Translations under genes and position numbers: made by a program | The notes under the pieces: model-generated | What the model saw: the letters and a program-made list of their open reading frames with translations, nothing else | Database searches by the model: none | Told to the model about the DNA's origin: nothing | DNA from: Chrysochromulina tobinii | Taxonomy: Eukaryota | NCBI GenBank assembly: GCA_001275005.1 | Contig: JWZX01003301.1 | Span: 1-45,170, forward strand | DNA: 45,170 nucleotides | Reading direction: 5' to 3' | In this document: piece after piece, positions 27,484-38,975 of the stretch | How positions within the stretch are numbered: position 1 is the stretch's first letter | How the letters are laid out: each line of letters begins with the position of its first letter

Positions 27484-30068
27484 TCGCTGCCGTCGATCTC
27501 AACGAACTTGGAGCGCGCCATCGTCGCCGCGTTACGGCTCAGTCGGCGGCGGCCGTTGGGCGCCTCGTCCGCATCCCGCGAGCTGCCGGCGCGCGCGCGC
27601 ACGCCAGCGCCGCCGCTGCTCCCGCCGGCGCGCCCTCTCTTCTTGGAGTCGGGTTGGTCGACGACGACGAGCACCCCAGCCTTGATGGCGAGCTCGTGCA
27701 CCGAAGGGCCGTTGGATTCGCGGTGCTTCTGCTCGATGCCCTTGAGCATCGCGTTCAGGTGCGCCTCCGACATGGCGTTCTGCGACTTGACGCCTGCCAG
27801 GTCGAGCACCCTGCGCTTCATCTGCATCGTGAGGTTCATCACCTCGGCTGGCAGCTTCACCTTGGTCGCCTTCGGCCCCTCGCCCTCGAACTCGTACTCC
27901 TCGTCCTCCTCGTCCTCGTCCTCCTCCGCTTCGTCCTCGTCAGAGCCTGCGATGAAGCCGTCCAGGTCGTCGCCCTCGTCCGAGTCCTCCGAGCGATCCT
28001 CGTCGTCGAGCCGCCCGCCGCCGCCGCCGCGCCGCTTCTTGCCCTTGCGCCGGCCGCGCGCCTGCTCCATTAAGGCAGCATCCTCGTCCTCGGCGTCGCT
28101 CAGCTCCTCGTGCTCGTAACGCCCAAGGTAGTCGCCTGTGGGGAACTTGCTGATGAGCGTGCGCAGCACCTCGCCCAGCCCACTATAGTCCTCGAGGTCC
28201 TCGCCGTTCTTCACCGCGTCCGACAGCCGCGCCTCGCCCGTCGACTGCAGGCCAATGACGACGCACTTGCCCTCCGCAAGCGCGGCCTTTGCGACTTGGC
28301 TCACGCGCGGCACCTTGATCGCCATGCAGAGCGCGCGAAAGAAGCGCTGGTGCGTGCCCCAGAACTGCGACATGACGCGCTTCGCAGGGTGTTTTTCGCG
28401 CTCTTTGACGCGCAGCATCTCGAGTGCCGTCGTGAAGCAGCCTTGCATGTCAGACCAAAATCTGGCGGCCTCGTCGTACATCTTTTGCTGCGGCTCGGTC
28501 AGGTCGATGATGAGCTGACTGTACGACGCGCTCGCGAAGCTCAGCTGGCGGCTGATGTACATGCCGCGCCGCTTCATGTCGAGCGCCACGAGCTCCATCG
28601 CTCCCGTGCCGCCGGCAGAGATCGCCTTCTCGAACTTGGTGAAATCGGGGAAGCTGGTTTGCGGCCCCCACAGTCCCAGTCGGCTCGTGTACGCGAGGTT
28701 GGCGATCGACGCGGCGCCCGTCGCCGAGCAGTACACGACGCGCGCGCTCGGGCAGAGCTGCTGCAACTCCTCGACGGCCTTGGCCATCTTCGTGCTCTTG
28801 CCCTTCGTGCCCTTGCCCCTGCCTGCCACCGGCCGGCCCGCAGCGAGGTCCGCGGCCGCCTTCTCGGCCTTCTCGTCCGCCTCGGGGTGAAGGTTCTTGG
28901 CCTTGTGCGCCTCGTCGAAGAGGATGCAGCCCTGGGCGCCGTTGCCGCCCAGCCACTCGACGATCATCTGCGTGCGCTTCTTATTGCCCGACGCGCCGAG
29001 CAGCGCCGAGTATGTGGCGAAGAGCACACCCTCGGTGAACTTGAGACCGTCGACCTTTTGTGCCTCGAGCCTGGAGGCGTAGGAGGTCTTGGTGATGTTG
29101 ATGATGCGTACGTCGGTCGCGCCAATGTCGCGCAGGTCGCGCTCCGCATCGACGCACAGGTCGGCCGAGACCGAGACCCACAGGTGACGCTTGATGCCGC
29201 GCGCCCAGTTATCGAGCACGATGCCCGCGAGCTGGCGCCCCTTGCCAAGGCCCACTCCGTCGCCCAAGAAGAAGCCGGCGCGGTTGCCGTTGGGCAGGCG
29301 CAGCTCGTGCCGCATCGCCGCGTACGCGACCGTCTCGAGCTGCGCCTTCGAGAGAGAGCCGCCGTATGGGTTGGCTGCGCTCGAGGGCTCGTGGATGCGC
29401 TTCAGTGGCGCCGAGAAGGTGTGCTTGATCTTGGGCAGCTCGGCAAAGGAGAGGGAGGTGGTCTCGACGATCGGGTCGGGGTGCGGCTGCCCGCCCACCA
29501 GGTGGCGCGGCTGGTACTCCGAGAAGAGCTCCTCGTTCTCTTCGTCCTTTTGGTCCGTCTCCTGCTGGTCCTGCTGCTGGTCATCTGCCGACGCGGACGC
29601 GGCCGACCCATCGGCGGCGGCGACGGCGGCGGCGAAACGCGCTGCCACATCGGCGGCTGGAACGGTGGACACCTTGGAGGCCTGCGCCTTCTGCTTGAGC
29701 TTGAGCCGCTCCGTCGCCCACGGCGGCGTGCCGTCGCAGACGCAGTGCGCACTCCAGTCTTTGCACTTGGTCCACACGTCGTCGCAGAGCCAGCAATAGC
29801 ACTTATCGCACGCGACCTTGCACTTGTCCGGCGTGGGCTGGGCGGGAAATTTGTGGACCAGGCAGTCGAAGCGCGCGTGGGGCATATCGCGCATTGCCTG
29901 CGAGCCGGCGGACGCGTGTGACGGCGAGTCGGCGCGGTGAGCGGGGCGCAGGTTGTGTCAGGGCGGTGACTCCACGGGTCAATTAGGAAGCGAGGGATTG
30001 GCGCGTACGTCAACTCCCGTGGCACCCACGAGCTCGACGTCTTCATCAGCTGTGGTCGAGGATTCCAT
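24523..30068 (-). CDS. SBNO: Strawberry notch (SBNO/EMB1135-FORGETTER1-like) helicase-like protein; exons 30068-30009, 29897-26592, 26502-26398, 26313-24523
   Basis: HPDPIVETTSL, LSKAQLETVAYA, GFFLGDGVGLGKGRQLAG, FDEAHKAKN, VVYCSATGA, GAMELVALDMK, QFWGTHQRFF, CVVIGLQSTGE, LGGPEH|VAEMTGRKGR, IISEAASSGISLQAD, ELPWSAD, GRTHRSNQ, FLNRLLGL. Three GT-AG introns (30008-29898, 26591-26503, 26397-26314) restore one frame. Confidence 0.93.
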
Positions 30069-30566
30069 CGTCGCGTCGGCGTCCCTCGGCTTCCCTCGAA
30101 CGCACGGGCGCGGGCGCTTTCCGGCGCGAACCCCGCCTTCCGGATTAGAAACATATCGTCTTCCCACAGCCCCGTGCAGCCCGTGGTCGCAGAAGTGCTT
30201 GACAATCCATGGAATTGTCGAGCCACACCTCTGGATTGGGACGCCGCCGACGCGACCGAGGGCGGCACCGTTTCCATCCTGTTATCCTGGGTGCGGACAA
30301 AACCTGCGGCGGGGCTAGCGGGGGCGCTTATTAGGCCAAAACCGCCTCGGGTGTCCTAAAAATGTCTCGTGCTAGTCTTTCGGAAATGAATTTCACAATG
30401 ACGCCGATCCGTAGGAGCGAGCTGCGTAGAAAAGCCAAGGAATAAAAGAGGAGGGCTCACTCGAGTCCCAAGAACCTAAAAAGGAAGGAGAGGCTGCACG
30501 CGAGAGAGAATCGCGAAGCGCCCAGCGATATCTTTGCACTTCATCGTCACGGCGGCATCTCCTTCC

Positions 30567-32568
30567 ATGAAAAACACGGTCTTCCATACGTTGGCTCTGC
30601 TCGTCACCTCCTTCGACCTGGTCGCAACTGTCAAGGTTGTCGTCGTCGGTGCAGGCACATCGGGTCTCGCGGCGGCGCGTACTCTGACCGACACGTGGGA
30701 TACTGATGAAAATGGAGGACCCCTGGAGCTGACGGTGCTCGAAGCTGGGACTCGCATAGGTGGCCGTACGTGGACGCTGAATGCTTCCGAGGCGGGAGCG
30801 GCCTGGAACACCGCCGGCGCTCTGGGAGCGCCGACGGACATGGGTGCGAGCTGGATCCATGGGAGCACTTCGACACATCCGATCACCAAGATTGCAACGG
30901 CCCTGGGCCTGGCTACTGGTTCAGGACTCGTGAGGACTAGAGATAATTTGGCCGAGCTTCGCCTCTGCACCGCCGGCAAGACCTCGGCCTGCTCGGAGCC
31001 CAACAACGATGAGTTCACCGCGTACGAGAACCTGCTCTCACAAGCACAGGAGAGTGCGGAGGATTCGGATACGGACATTTCGCTTTGGCAGGCGCTCTCA
31101 GGCCTTTCGAGCTCGGGGCAGAATCGAGAATCGAAGCTGTTCCAGTACCACCTCGCCACCGGCGCTGAGTTCAACACCGCCGGGCCGGTCACTCAGCTGT
31201 CAGCCTGGAACTATGATGATGATTCCCAATATTCTGGCACTGAGCTCGTGTGGGCACAAGGGTACAAGGTGATGTACGAGGCGCTGCAGAGCGGCGCGGT
31301 CCGGGTTAATGACGGTTCGAGCACCCTGCAGGTTGCCGCCGTGGCGTCTGCCAGCCGACAGCCCATCTTGGTCACGTACAACAAGCGCGTCACGTCCGTC
31401 ACGTACAGCAGCACGGGAGTTGTGCTGACGACTGCGGACGGCAGCACGTACAACGCTGATTACGTGATCATCACGATCCCCCTCGGGGTGCTCAAGAGCA
31501 CCGACGCGAGCTCCAGAGTCACATTCAGCCCGGCACTCCCGCCAGCCACGGCAAATGGCATCTCTCAGCTTGGTTTCGGCAACGTCGTCAAGATCGCCCT
31601 CTTGTTTCCCACCGTTTGGTGGCCGACAGGTACGCACTATTATGGCCTTGCCCAGGCGGGGACCGACCGCGGCCTCTTCACCTACTTCCTCAACGTGCAT
31701 GCGCTGTCAACCAAGCCTGTGCTCATGACGTTTGCACTGGGTGCGTCTGCCGACACGGCGGAAGGGATGAGCAACGCCGCCGTCTGGACGCAGGTGCGTT
31801 CTCCCTCGCTTCTCCAGCACACCTCTTGCGCATCTCGTGCCTGGGCGTGGTTCCGGACGAACCTGCTCGTGATCTCCCATGCATCTCCCCCTGCATCTCC
31901 CTCGCAGATCCGGGCGAATCTGGTCAAGATCTTCCCGAGGTCTGTCACGGTCCCGACGACTGCGCCTCAGATGATTCGCTCGACTTGGCGCGCCAATCCT
32001 CTTGCGAAGGGCGCGTACACATATGTTGCAGTCGGTGCGTCGACCGACCCATCGCTGCTGCCGTTGGCAGTGCCATTCTCCGACCTTCCCCTGAGCTGCC
32101 CCGAGTCTTTTTATCATGGCAGGTACGTCGAAGAACACCATCACGGCCGCCTTTGGTGGCAATGTCGGAGGGAGGCTCTTCTTTGCAGGCGAGCATACGT
32201 CCGCGGCGTACAGAGGGACTGTCCACGGCGCCTTCCAGACTGGCCAGGTGCGCACACCCCGCACCTCCCCTCATCTCCCACGCATCTCCCACACGTACCT
32301 CCCATTCACCTCTCCCTCGCCCCCGTTCGTACCTGCTCAGGTCGCGGCGCGTGCCGTCAAGGCCTGCTCAGCTGAAGCGGGCACTGACGACGACGGCGAC
32401 GATGATGACGACGACGATGATGACGACGACGACGACGACGATGACGACGACGACGGCGACGACGATGACGATGCCCCGAGCTCCAAGCGGAGCTTCCTGT
32501 TCTCCAAGCGGAGCTCCCTGATTTCCAAGCAAGAAGCGGGCAATGTGCTCGCGCCAGCGACGCAATGA
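30567..32568 (+). CDS. Flavin-containing amine/polyamine oxidase with signal peptide and poly-Asp tail; introns 31794-31907, 32035-32122, 32248-32340
   Basis: VVVVGAGTSGLAAA, LEAGTRIGGR, DMGASWIHG, ADYVIITIPLGVLK, WRANPLAKGAYTY, LFFAGEHTSAAYRGTVHGAFQTG. The 88-nt intron resolves the frame switch. Confidence 0.9.
32386..32473 (+). repeat. (GAC/GAT)n trinucleotide tract encoding poly-Asp
   Basis: About 29 codons, almost all Asp, near the oxidase C-terminus. Confidence 0.9.
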
Positions 32569-33313
32569 GCGCCGCGGTCTCTGCTCCGCTCTTTTGCGGG
32601 TCGGTCGGGCTGGGCCCCGCTGCGCAACGCGCGGACCGCGTGGGGATACTAGCGGGCTTCACGGGCGCTTGGCACGGCGCCGGCGCCCTTGGAGACCCCC
32701 CCAGGCGCACAAGGGTATTCAAGGGCGCGGGCTCGCAGATGTTGTGAGGAAAAGGCGTGCGCGCGCGCGCGCGGCACAATGCAATTGTCTTTGGCCCGGC
32801 CGCCTTGGCACCGTTCATGTGTGGTTTCAAACGAATGTCGCTCCCTGTGTGGGGGGCGCCGCGCGTGAGTGCTGAGTTGCCGGTTGGTGTCGGGGCATGT
32901 GCCTTGTGCGTGTGACTGCGCTCTGCGCCGGGTGCGGTGGCGGCGTTCGTTTTTTCAGCCGATGTAGAACACCTCTCCCTCATCGAGGATAAACCTTCAT
33001 CCTTCAACGTACAGGCTCGTCACGCGTGCCACGGTAATAAGCCGGCAACGCGCGGCGCGAATGCGTGATGCGCGACCGCGAGACCACGATCCATGATGTC
33101 GTGTGTGGTCTGCCACGTCTCCCCCGACCCCCCGCCCGCGACTAGGTCGAGGGAACCGGGGGCGCGGTTGCCGCGGTGCGGTGCGTCTCGGCATCAAATG
33201 GCTATTTGTCACTGTGAAGTGTGAACCTTTTTTTACACCACACCATCTTCGACATGTTCAATTACTACTGACAGATTACACCATCTTCGCAATGTTCAAT
33301 TTTACTATCGTTT

Positions 33314-35700
33314 TTATGGCATCGTCTGGAACGTACGCAGCATCCCCTGGTCCACGAAGCTCGCAAACGGAGCCGTCGAGAGCGTTGCCATATCCGCGGC
33401 GCTCAGCTTGCAGGAGCGCACGCGGTGGCTGATGTCGAGCCGCGGCGTCATCTCCACGGCGAAGGCGACGAGGAACTCGCACGAGAGCCGTTGGACGGTA
33501 TCCGTCGTCCACGCCGCCTTAGCCGTCGCGGCGAGATACTGCTCGAATGCGAGCGTCGTCGCGAGCGCAGGCGCCGTCGTGAGTCCGATCTGCTGCAGAC
33601 TCTCGAGGAGTACGCTGTCCTCAAGGAGGGTCCACTCGCCGAGCAACGCGGGCAGCGCCGCGCGGTCGACGTACGCGAGGGTATCGAGCGCGCCGCCCAG
33701 CACACTCGGCTTGCCGATGAAGGCGACGCCGTACCCCGAGGGGTCTGCATCTGCGACCGGCACGCCGGGCGCGCTCGGGTTGAGAACGATGGCGTAGAGG
33801 TCGCGGCGCACTGCAGGAGAGAAGAGGGGCGTCTGCGCTGATCGCGCGGTCACAGCGGCCGCGTACGCGGGGTCATGGACGCTCCGGATCGTGACGCCCA
33901 GGACGACGCCCAGGCCGGGGCTGCTGTTTGCCGGCGCGATGCGCGCCGTCGCTGTCCTCGACGCCGGCGTCGGCTGCTCTACGGCCATGCTCGTCACGAC
34001 CGGCGCGGCGGGTGGCCTGTGCCACGGCCAAATGGGTGCGGGCGTCACGCCTGGTAGCTCACCCGCTGCCGCGCCGAGCCCGAGACGCGCCGTCGCGAGC
34101 GCGAGTACGGGCGCGAGGTGCGCCTTTAGATCAGCCGCGCTCGCCGCCGCCTCCTGCGCCGCCTCCGCCGACGCCGCACGGGCCAACACCCATGTGCCAA
34201 AGTCGGCGGCTGGGCCATCGGCCGCGCCGCCGAGACCGAGCACACGGATACCCTCGAGGAGTCTAAGGGTGAGCGGCACGATCGGCAGCTGCATAGCCGG
34301 CGAGTGGGCTGCGGGGGGTGGCGCGGGCGGCGCCGAGAGCGCACTCACACTCACACCAATCTTGGTGGCGGCGCAGCGCTCGCACAGATCATAACGACAC
34401 GACGCGCAGTGGAAGAAGAAGGGGGCGCTCCTCTCGAGGGAGGTGCGTTGGCACTGATCGCAAGAGGTCGACTGGTAGCCCGCTGGGGTGCTTCCGACCA
34501 TCTTGGCCATCGGGTGCGCGCGCAGGCAGGGCACAGCGGGTAGTGCTGCCGCCTGTGCGGAGCTGCCTAAAGTGGGGGCTGCCCCGCCGATGGCGGCGGC
34601 GCCGCCCGTGCCGAGGGCAGGCTGCGAGGCAGAGATGCTGTTGATGACCTCGAGCGGATTGGGAGTACTCCAAATCGGGGTCGCCAGCCGTCGGTCCTCG
34701 TGAGTCCGTCCAAAGGGGCTGCCGCGGCCAAAGGGACTGCCAAAGTTGACGGGAGGGCGAGCGGCGAGCGTTGCGATGGATTGAGCGTCGAGGGTCGAGC
34801 GCACACGTGCCACCAGAATGGTCAGTGCTTCCTCGAGAGAAGCGCGTGTCAGACGCACAAGTACCTTGGTCGCCTTGGCCAAAGGAGCGGCGCCGAAGGT
34901 AATGGGGCGCCAGGGTTGCGCCGGCGCCGGAGCGGCTTCATCGAGTGCGGCCACGCTCGCCGCATACACACCGCCAAGGCTCTCTCGCAGCCAACGGCTC
35001 ATGGTAGGAGGGCTCGTGAGGAGCTCAGCGGCATCGGCGTCGTCTTCATCCACCGGCGAGCCGAAGCGGCCAGTCGGCCGGTAACGGAAGCCATAGGGCG
35101 TCGGCACTGGTGCTGCCCACGGTGGGGGCGCTCCGACCGCCGGGGCAGCAGCGGGCGCACTGAAGAGGCGGCGGCCTGGTGCGGCCTGGTGCGGAGCGCT
35201 CGAGGCAGCGCTCGAGGCCGAAGCCAGGTGTGAAGCCAGGTGTGAAGCAAGGGGCGCAGCGCTGAAGGGCGTGCATGAGGGCGAGGGCGGCGCGTATCCA
35301 AGTATGGCAGGCGAGGCCGACGGAGCACCAAAGGGCGCAAAAGGCGCGCGCGGCCCTTGACCAGCAGCACCAAAGGGCACAGCACCGATGGGCGCAGCAC
35401 CAAAGGGCACAGGCGAGGGCGCAGGCGAGGCCGGGGGAGGTCGTCTCAAGGAGGCCTCGTGAGACTTGTAGAGCCGCTCGCCGACAGCAGGTGAGGTCTG
35501 GGGCGGCGCACCGAAGGCAGGCGACGCCGATGGCGAGGGCGGTGCAGCTCCGAAGGCCGCCGTTGAGCCAAGTGGCGCAGGACCGAAGGCGCAAGATGGG
35601 GCGAAACCCCCACGGGACGCACCGAGCGGATCACCACCGCCGAAGCCGCCACCACCCTTCAGACCGAATCGGCCTCTGCAGCTGCCACCTCCGTTGCTCG

Positions 35701-35735
<35 letters not shown>

Positions 35736-38566
35736 AGGGCCGCGCGCGCCTTGTGCGCTTCGTCAAACGTGAGACGGTACGCTGAGAAGGCCGCGCGGAG
35801 AGCCGAGGGCTTGGGGCGGCAGTCCTCGGGCACGGGCGCGTGATCCGACTCGAGCTTCGCGACCGCACACCCCTTCGTGACAGAGGGCGCCACCAGCTGA
35901 CCGAGGAGCGAGGTGCGCAACGTGACAAGCGTGCGCTTTGCCGCGCACACCTCCGGCATCGCCACAGTTCCCGCCAGATGGTAGGCGGGCTCAAGGAGGG
36001 GAAGGTGGCGCAACGCCTGCTGCGTCGGTTTCAAGGCGAGCTTGGCGCGCAGCGAGGCCACCGCGCGGTCCCCATCGCTCAGGACAGGGATGCCTCCAGG
36101 AGTGCCTCGAGCCTCGCCTCGAGAGTGCCCATCACGACGCGAAAGAGAAGGTGGGGCTGTCTCAACAAGTTCCCACTCGTCTGCCGGTTCCGGCGGACCC
36201 GACGATGTAGCTGCGCGCCTGCGCGCGGCGGCAGAGGCGAGGTCTTCCGGCCCCGTGGGGGCGACTGCGGCGGCGGCGGTGCCAGCGGCCGTGGCGTTGC
36301 GTGCCTTCTCTCCAAGAGGAAAGCTGTACGTCGTGCGCCCGTCCCCGAGGGTGAGGCTCACAGACGGCCTCGCGCCGCCCTTGGCCAGGCCTTTGATGAG
36401 CTTGTCTAGGCCGCTGACGTCGTTTGGGTTACGGGGAGTGGGTGGAGTGGCGACGGCGCCCAGCGCGCCGCTTGGGTGCAAGAGGATCATCTTGAGGCGC
36501 GTGCCCGGGAGCGCACGCACGGCAAAAGTAGAATCGCTCTCCATTACCCCGTGACTAGAGAGCCCTCCGAGGGCCGCAGGCTCGTGCGCCCACTCGGGCG
36601 GCGGGGCGGCGGCGTCACTCCCATTGCGCAGCGCGAGCAGCTGTGCTCCATGCACGCGCAGCGTGAGGCGTGAGGCGGCGCGCAGCACCGAGCGTGCGAG
36701 CAACCCAAGCACTTTGGTCTGGATCGCGCCCCCCTCGAGAGACTCGACCATGAGCGCCTCGCCGCCCGTCATGCGAGCCAGCCACGAGACGCAGCTCGGG
36801 TCGAGCCACGGCCCGTACCCCAGGCAGTCGACCTGGAAGAAGCCGACGCCCGGCTGCTTGCGGATAGCATCGATCTCGCCGAAGAAGCGCTCGCGTGACG
36901 TGGCGCCGCCGTCGGTGACGAGAATGACAGAGTGGAGCGACGCCGGATTCACCGCGACGCACGCCCGCAGCTCAGCCGACCACGAGTCGTAATTGGTACA
37001 GCCCCCTGGCCGGAGCGCGCGCAGCTGCGCCTGCAGCTGTTCAACGACGTTGCCGGGCTCGGTCCGATCCGCGGGCAGCATCACGTCGGCGAGGCCCGTT
37101 GTGCGATCGTCAAAGCTCCATAACCGCACGCGCACGGGCTGCATGTTGATCAGCTGTTGATCGCGCAGTGCGTTCAAGTGCACGGGCAGTGCGTTCAGTA
37201 TGGCCCTGAGCAGATGCTTTGAGGTGTCGAGCCGCGCCACGTGGCCGCCCAGGGAATCCGAGTGCACGCTCATCGCGGTAGAGCCCGAGGTATCGATGAT
37301 GACATAGAGCTCATGCGGCGCGGATGTGGGTGCTAGCCCTGGCAGCGGCGCGAGGGGCAAGGTCAGGTCCACGAGCGTCGACGCAAGCTTAGAGCCATCT
37401 TCAGGCGCGAAACACACTCCGTCGATTGTGTCGACGGCATGGACAGCCGAGCTTAGCGCGGCTTCCGCCGCCATGGCTGGGTCTTTCTGCGCCGGCGCGC
37501 CGATGGTGAGTTTGCGAAGCTCAGCGATCTGATCGATCTGCGGCTCGGACAGGCGTACGCGTACGAGCGTCCCTCGCGCGAGGCCGGTGGGCGACCTCCA
37601 CGAGAGTCGGCGCCACGAGTCGAGCGAGCCAGCGCTGAGCAGCGTTGGCCCAAGCTGCAAAAGCTCGCTCACGGCGGGTGAGACGTCGCGCAGCCCGCGC
37701 AGGTAGCGGAGCGTCGCGCGATCGGCCTCACGCCCGAGCTTGATGACATCCTCACGTAGCACCTCATCCTCGGGCACAACGACGGCGAGTCCGGGGCCCA
37801 CATGGACCTGGAGCTCGAAGGGCACACCGACCGCGTCGAGGGGGGTGAAGCCCGGCACGATAGACACGTCCGCGATGCGCTCGGATGGCGCCTCGCCGTT
37901 GGCACCCACGCGGTCGCGCCGCCTGAGTCCGGAACCCTGTAGGAAGCGGCAGCCAAAGATGACTGTCGCACCGTCAGGGATCTTGTCGAGCTTGATCTGA
38001 AAGGCATCCTCGGCCGTGTCCGAGAGGGTGGCGCTGTGTGTCGTCGAGGAGGCCGCGGCTTCGTAGCTTGCATCTGCCTGCTCCTTCTCCATCACCTCGG
38101 GATTGTACTGGATCTTGTCGCACACGTGCTCCTCCTCGAGCAGAAGCAGGTCAGGCAGTCGCGGCACGTCGAGGATGGCGGCCGCGGTGCCGCCCAACCG
38201 GTTGGTGACGGTGACCCTTAGGTCCCAGATGACGCCCGACTCGCGCGTGACGACGGCCGTGAGCGTGACGCGCTCAGGGAGCACGCACACATTCTGACGA
38301 GTTGTTGCGCCGAGTGTGACGCGCACAGCGGCGATGAAGCCATTCGATTCGTCGATGGGAATGTAATTATTTGCCTCGACATTGTCGCCAGGGCCCGCGT
38401 TGAGTCCGGGGGCCTTGGGGTCGGTCAGCGTGCGAGGCTCCAAGCCGGTGGCCTCGCACACGGAGACTTGAACACCGCAACAGCTGGCTGGCGCGGCAAA
38501 GGCCTGCGCGGAAGCGAAGGGGTTGGTAGCAGTTGCGGTAGAGCGTGGAACCGAGAGCTCGAGCAT
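33314..38566 (-). CDS. 1750-aa protein with a VIT-like region, vWA domain, PFGA-repeat low-complexity linker and ZZ-type zinc finger (VWA5-like)
   Basis: MIDAS LYVIIDTSGST, PGGCTNY, VILVTDGG, LARMTGG. N-terminal EVMEKEQADASYEAA (VIT-like). CDQC...FFFHCASCRYDLCERC (ZZ-like). Poly-Q tract. Confidence 0.75.
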
Positions 38567-38975
38567 GGTTCTGCGTTTGTGTGTCTCGTGACGCCGCGCG
38601 TGTAGACAGCAATAGCTCGCTTTCAGAGGTGTTTCAGAGGTGTTTCAAATGCACTCCAGTCCTACTCGTAAATTTCGCTAGAGAGGTCAGTCTCTCCCAG
38701 CACGCATGGTGATCTCTGGTGCTCGCTGCACTACACTGCCGGGCGGGATAGTGATAGGCAATCAGGTGGGGGTGGTCACAATGTTCAATGTTGTATAACT
38801 GAAACTGAACTGTACCTTCATAGAAGATAGAACTGAACTGAACAATGTTGTAGAGGCCTTTCTGATGAAGTTCGCATCTCGTCAGATCGCCTCATTGTCG
38901 GTACATGTACATGTTTCGATGTTGTGTGGTCATTGTGGATGAGGGGCCCATTCCGCAAATTACTGTCGGTGTTGA

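Noticed and set aside
24154..29921. Long + strand ORFs (24154-26292, 28110-29921) and many similar antisense ORFs throughout
   Set aside because: Shadow frames of real genes caused by high GC3. No independent motifs.
29880..30008. Exon duplication in SBNO intron 1, and in dehydrogenase intron 43921-44053
   Set aside because: Only patchy similarity, not distinguishable from chance by eye.
32310..32371. CCTGCTCAG shared by the end of oxidase intron 3 and the next exon
   Set aside because: Only 16/31 ungapped identity overall. Could be a mirror-type duplication, but too weak.
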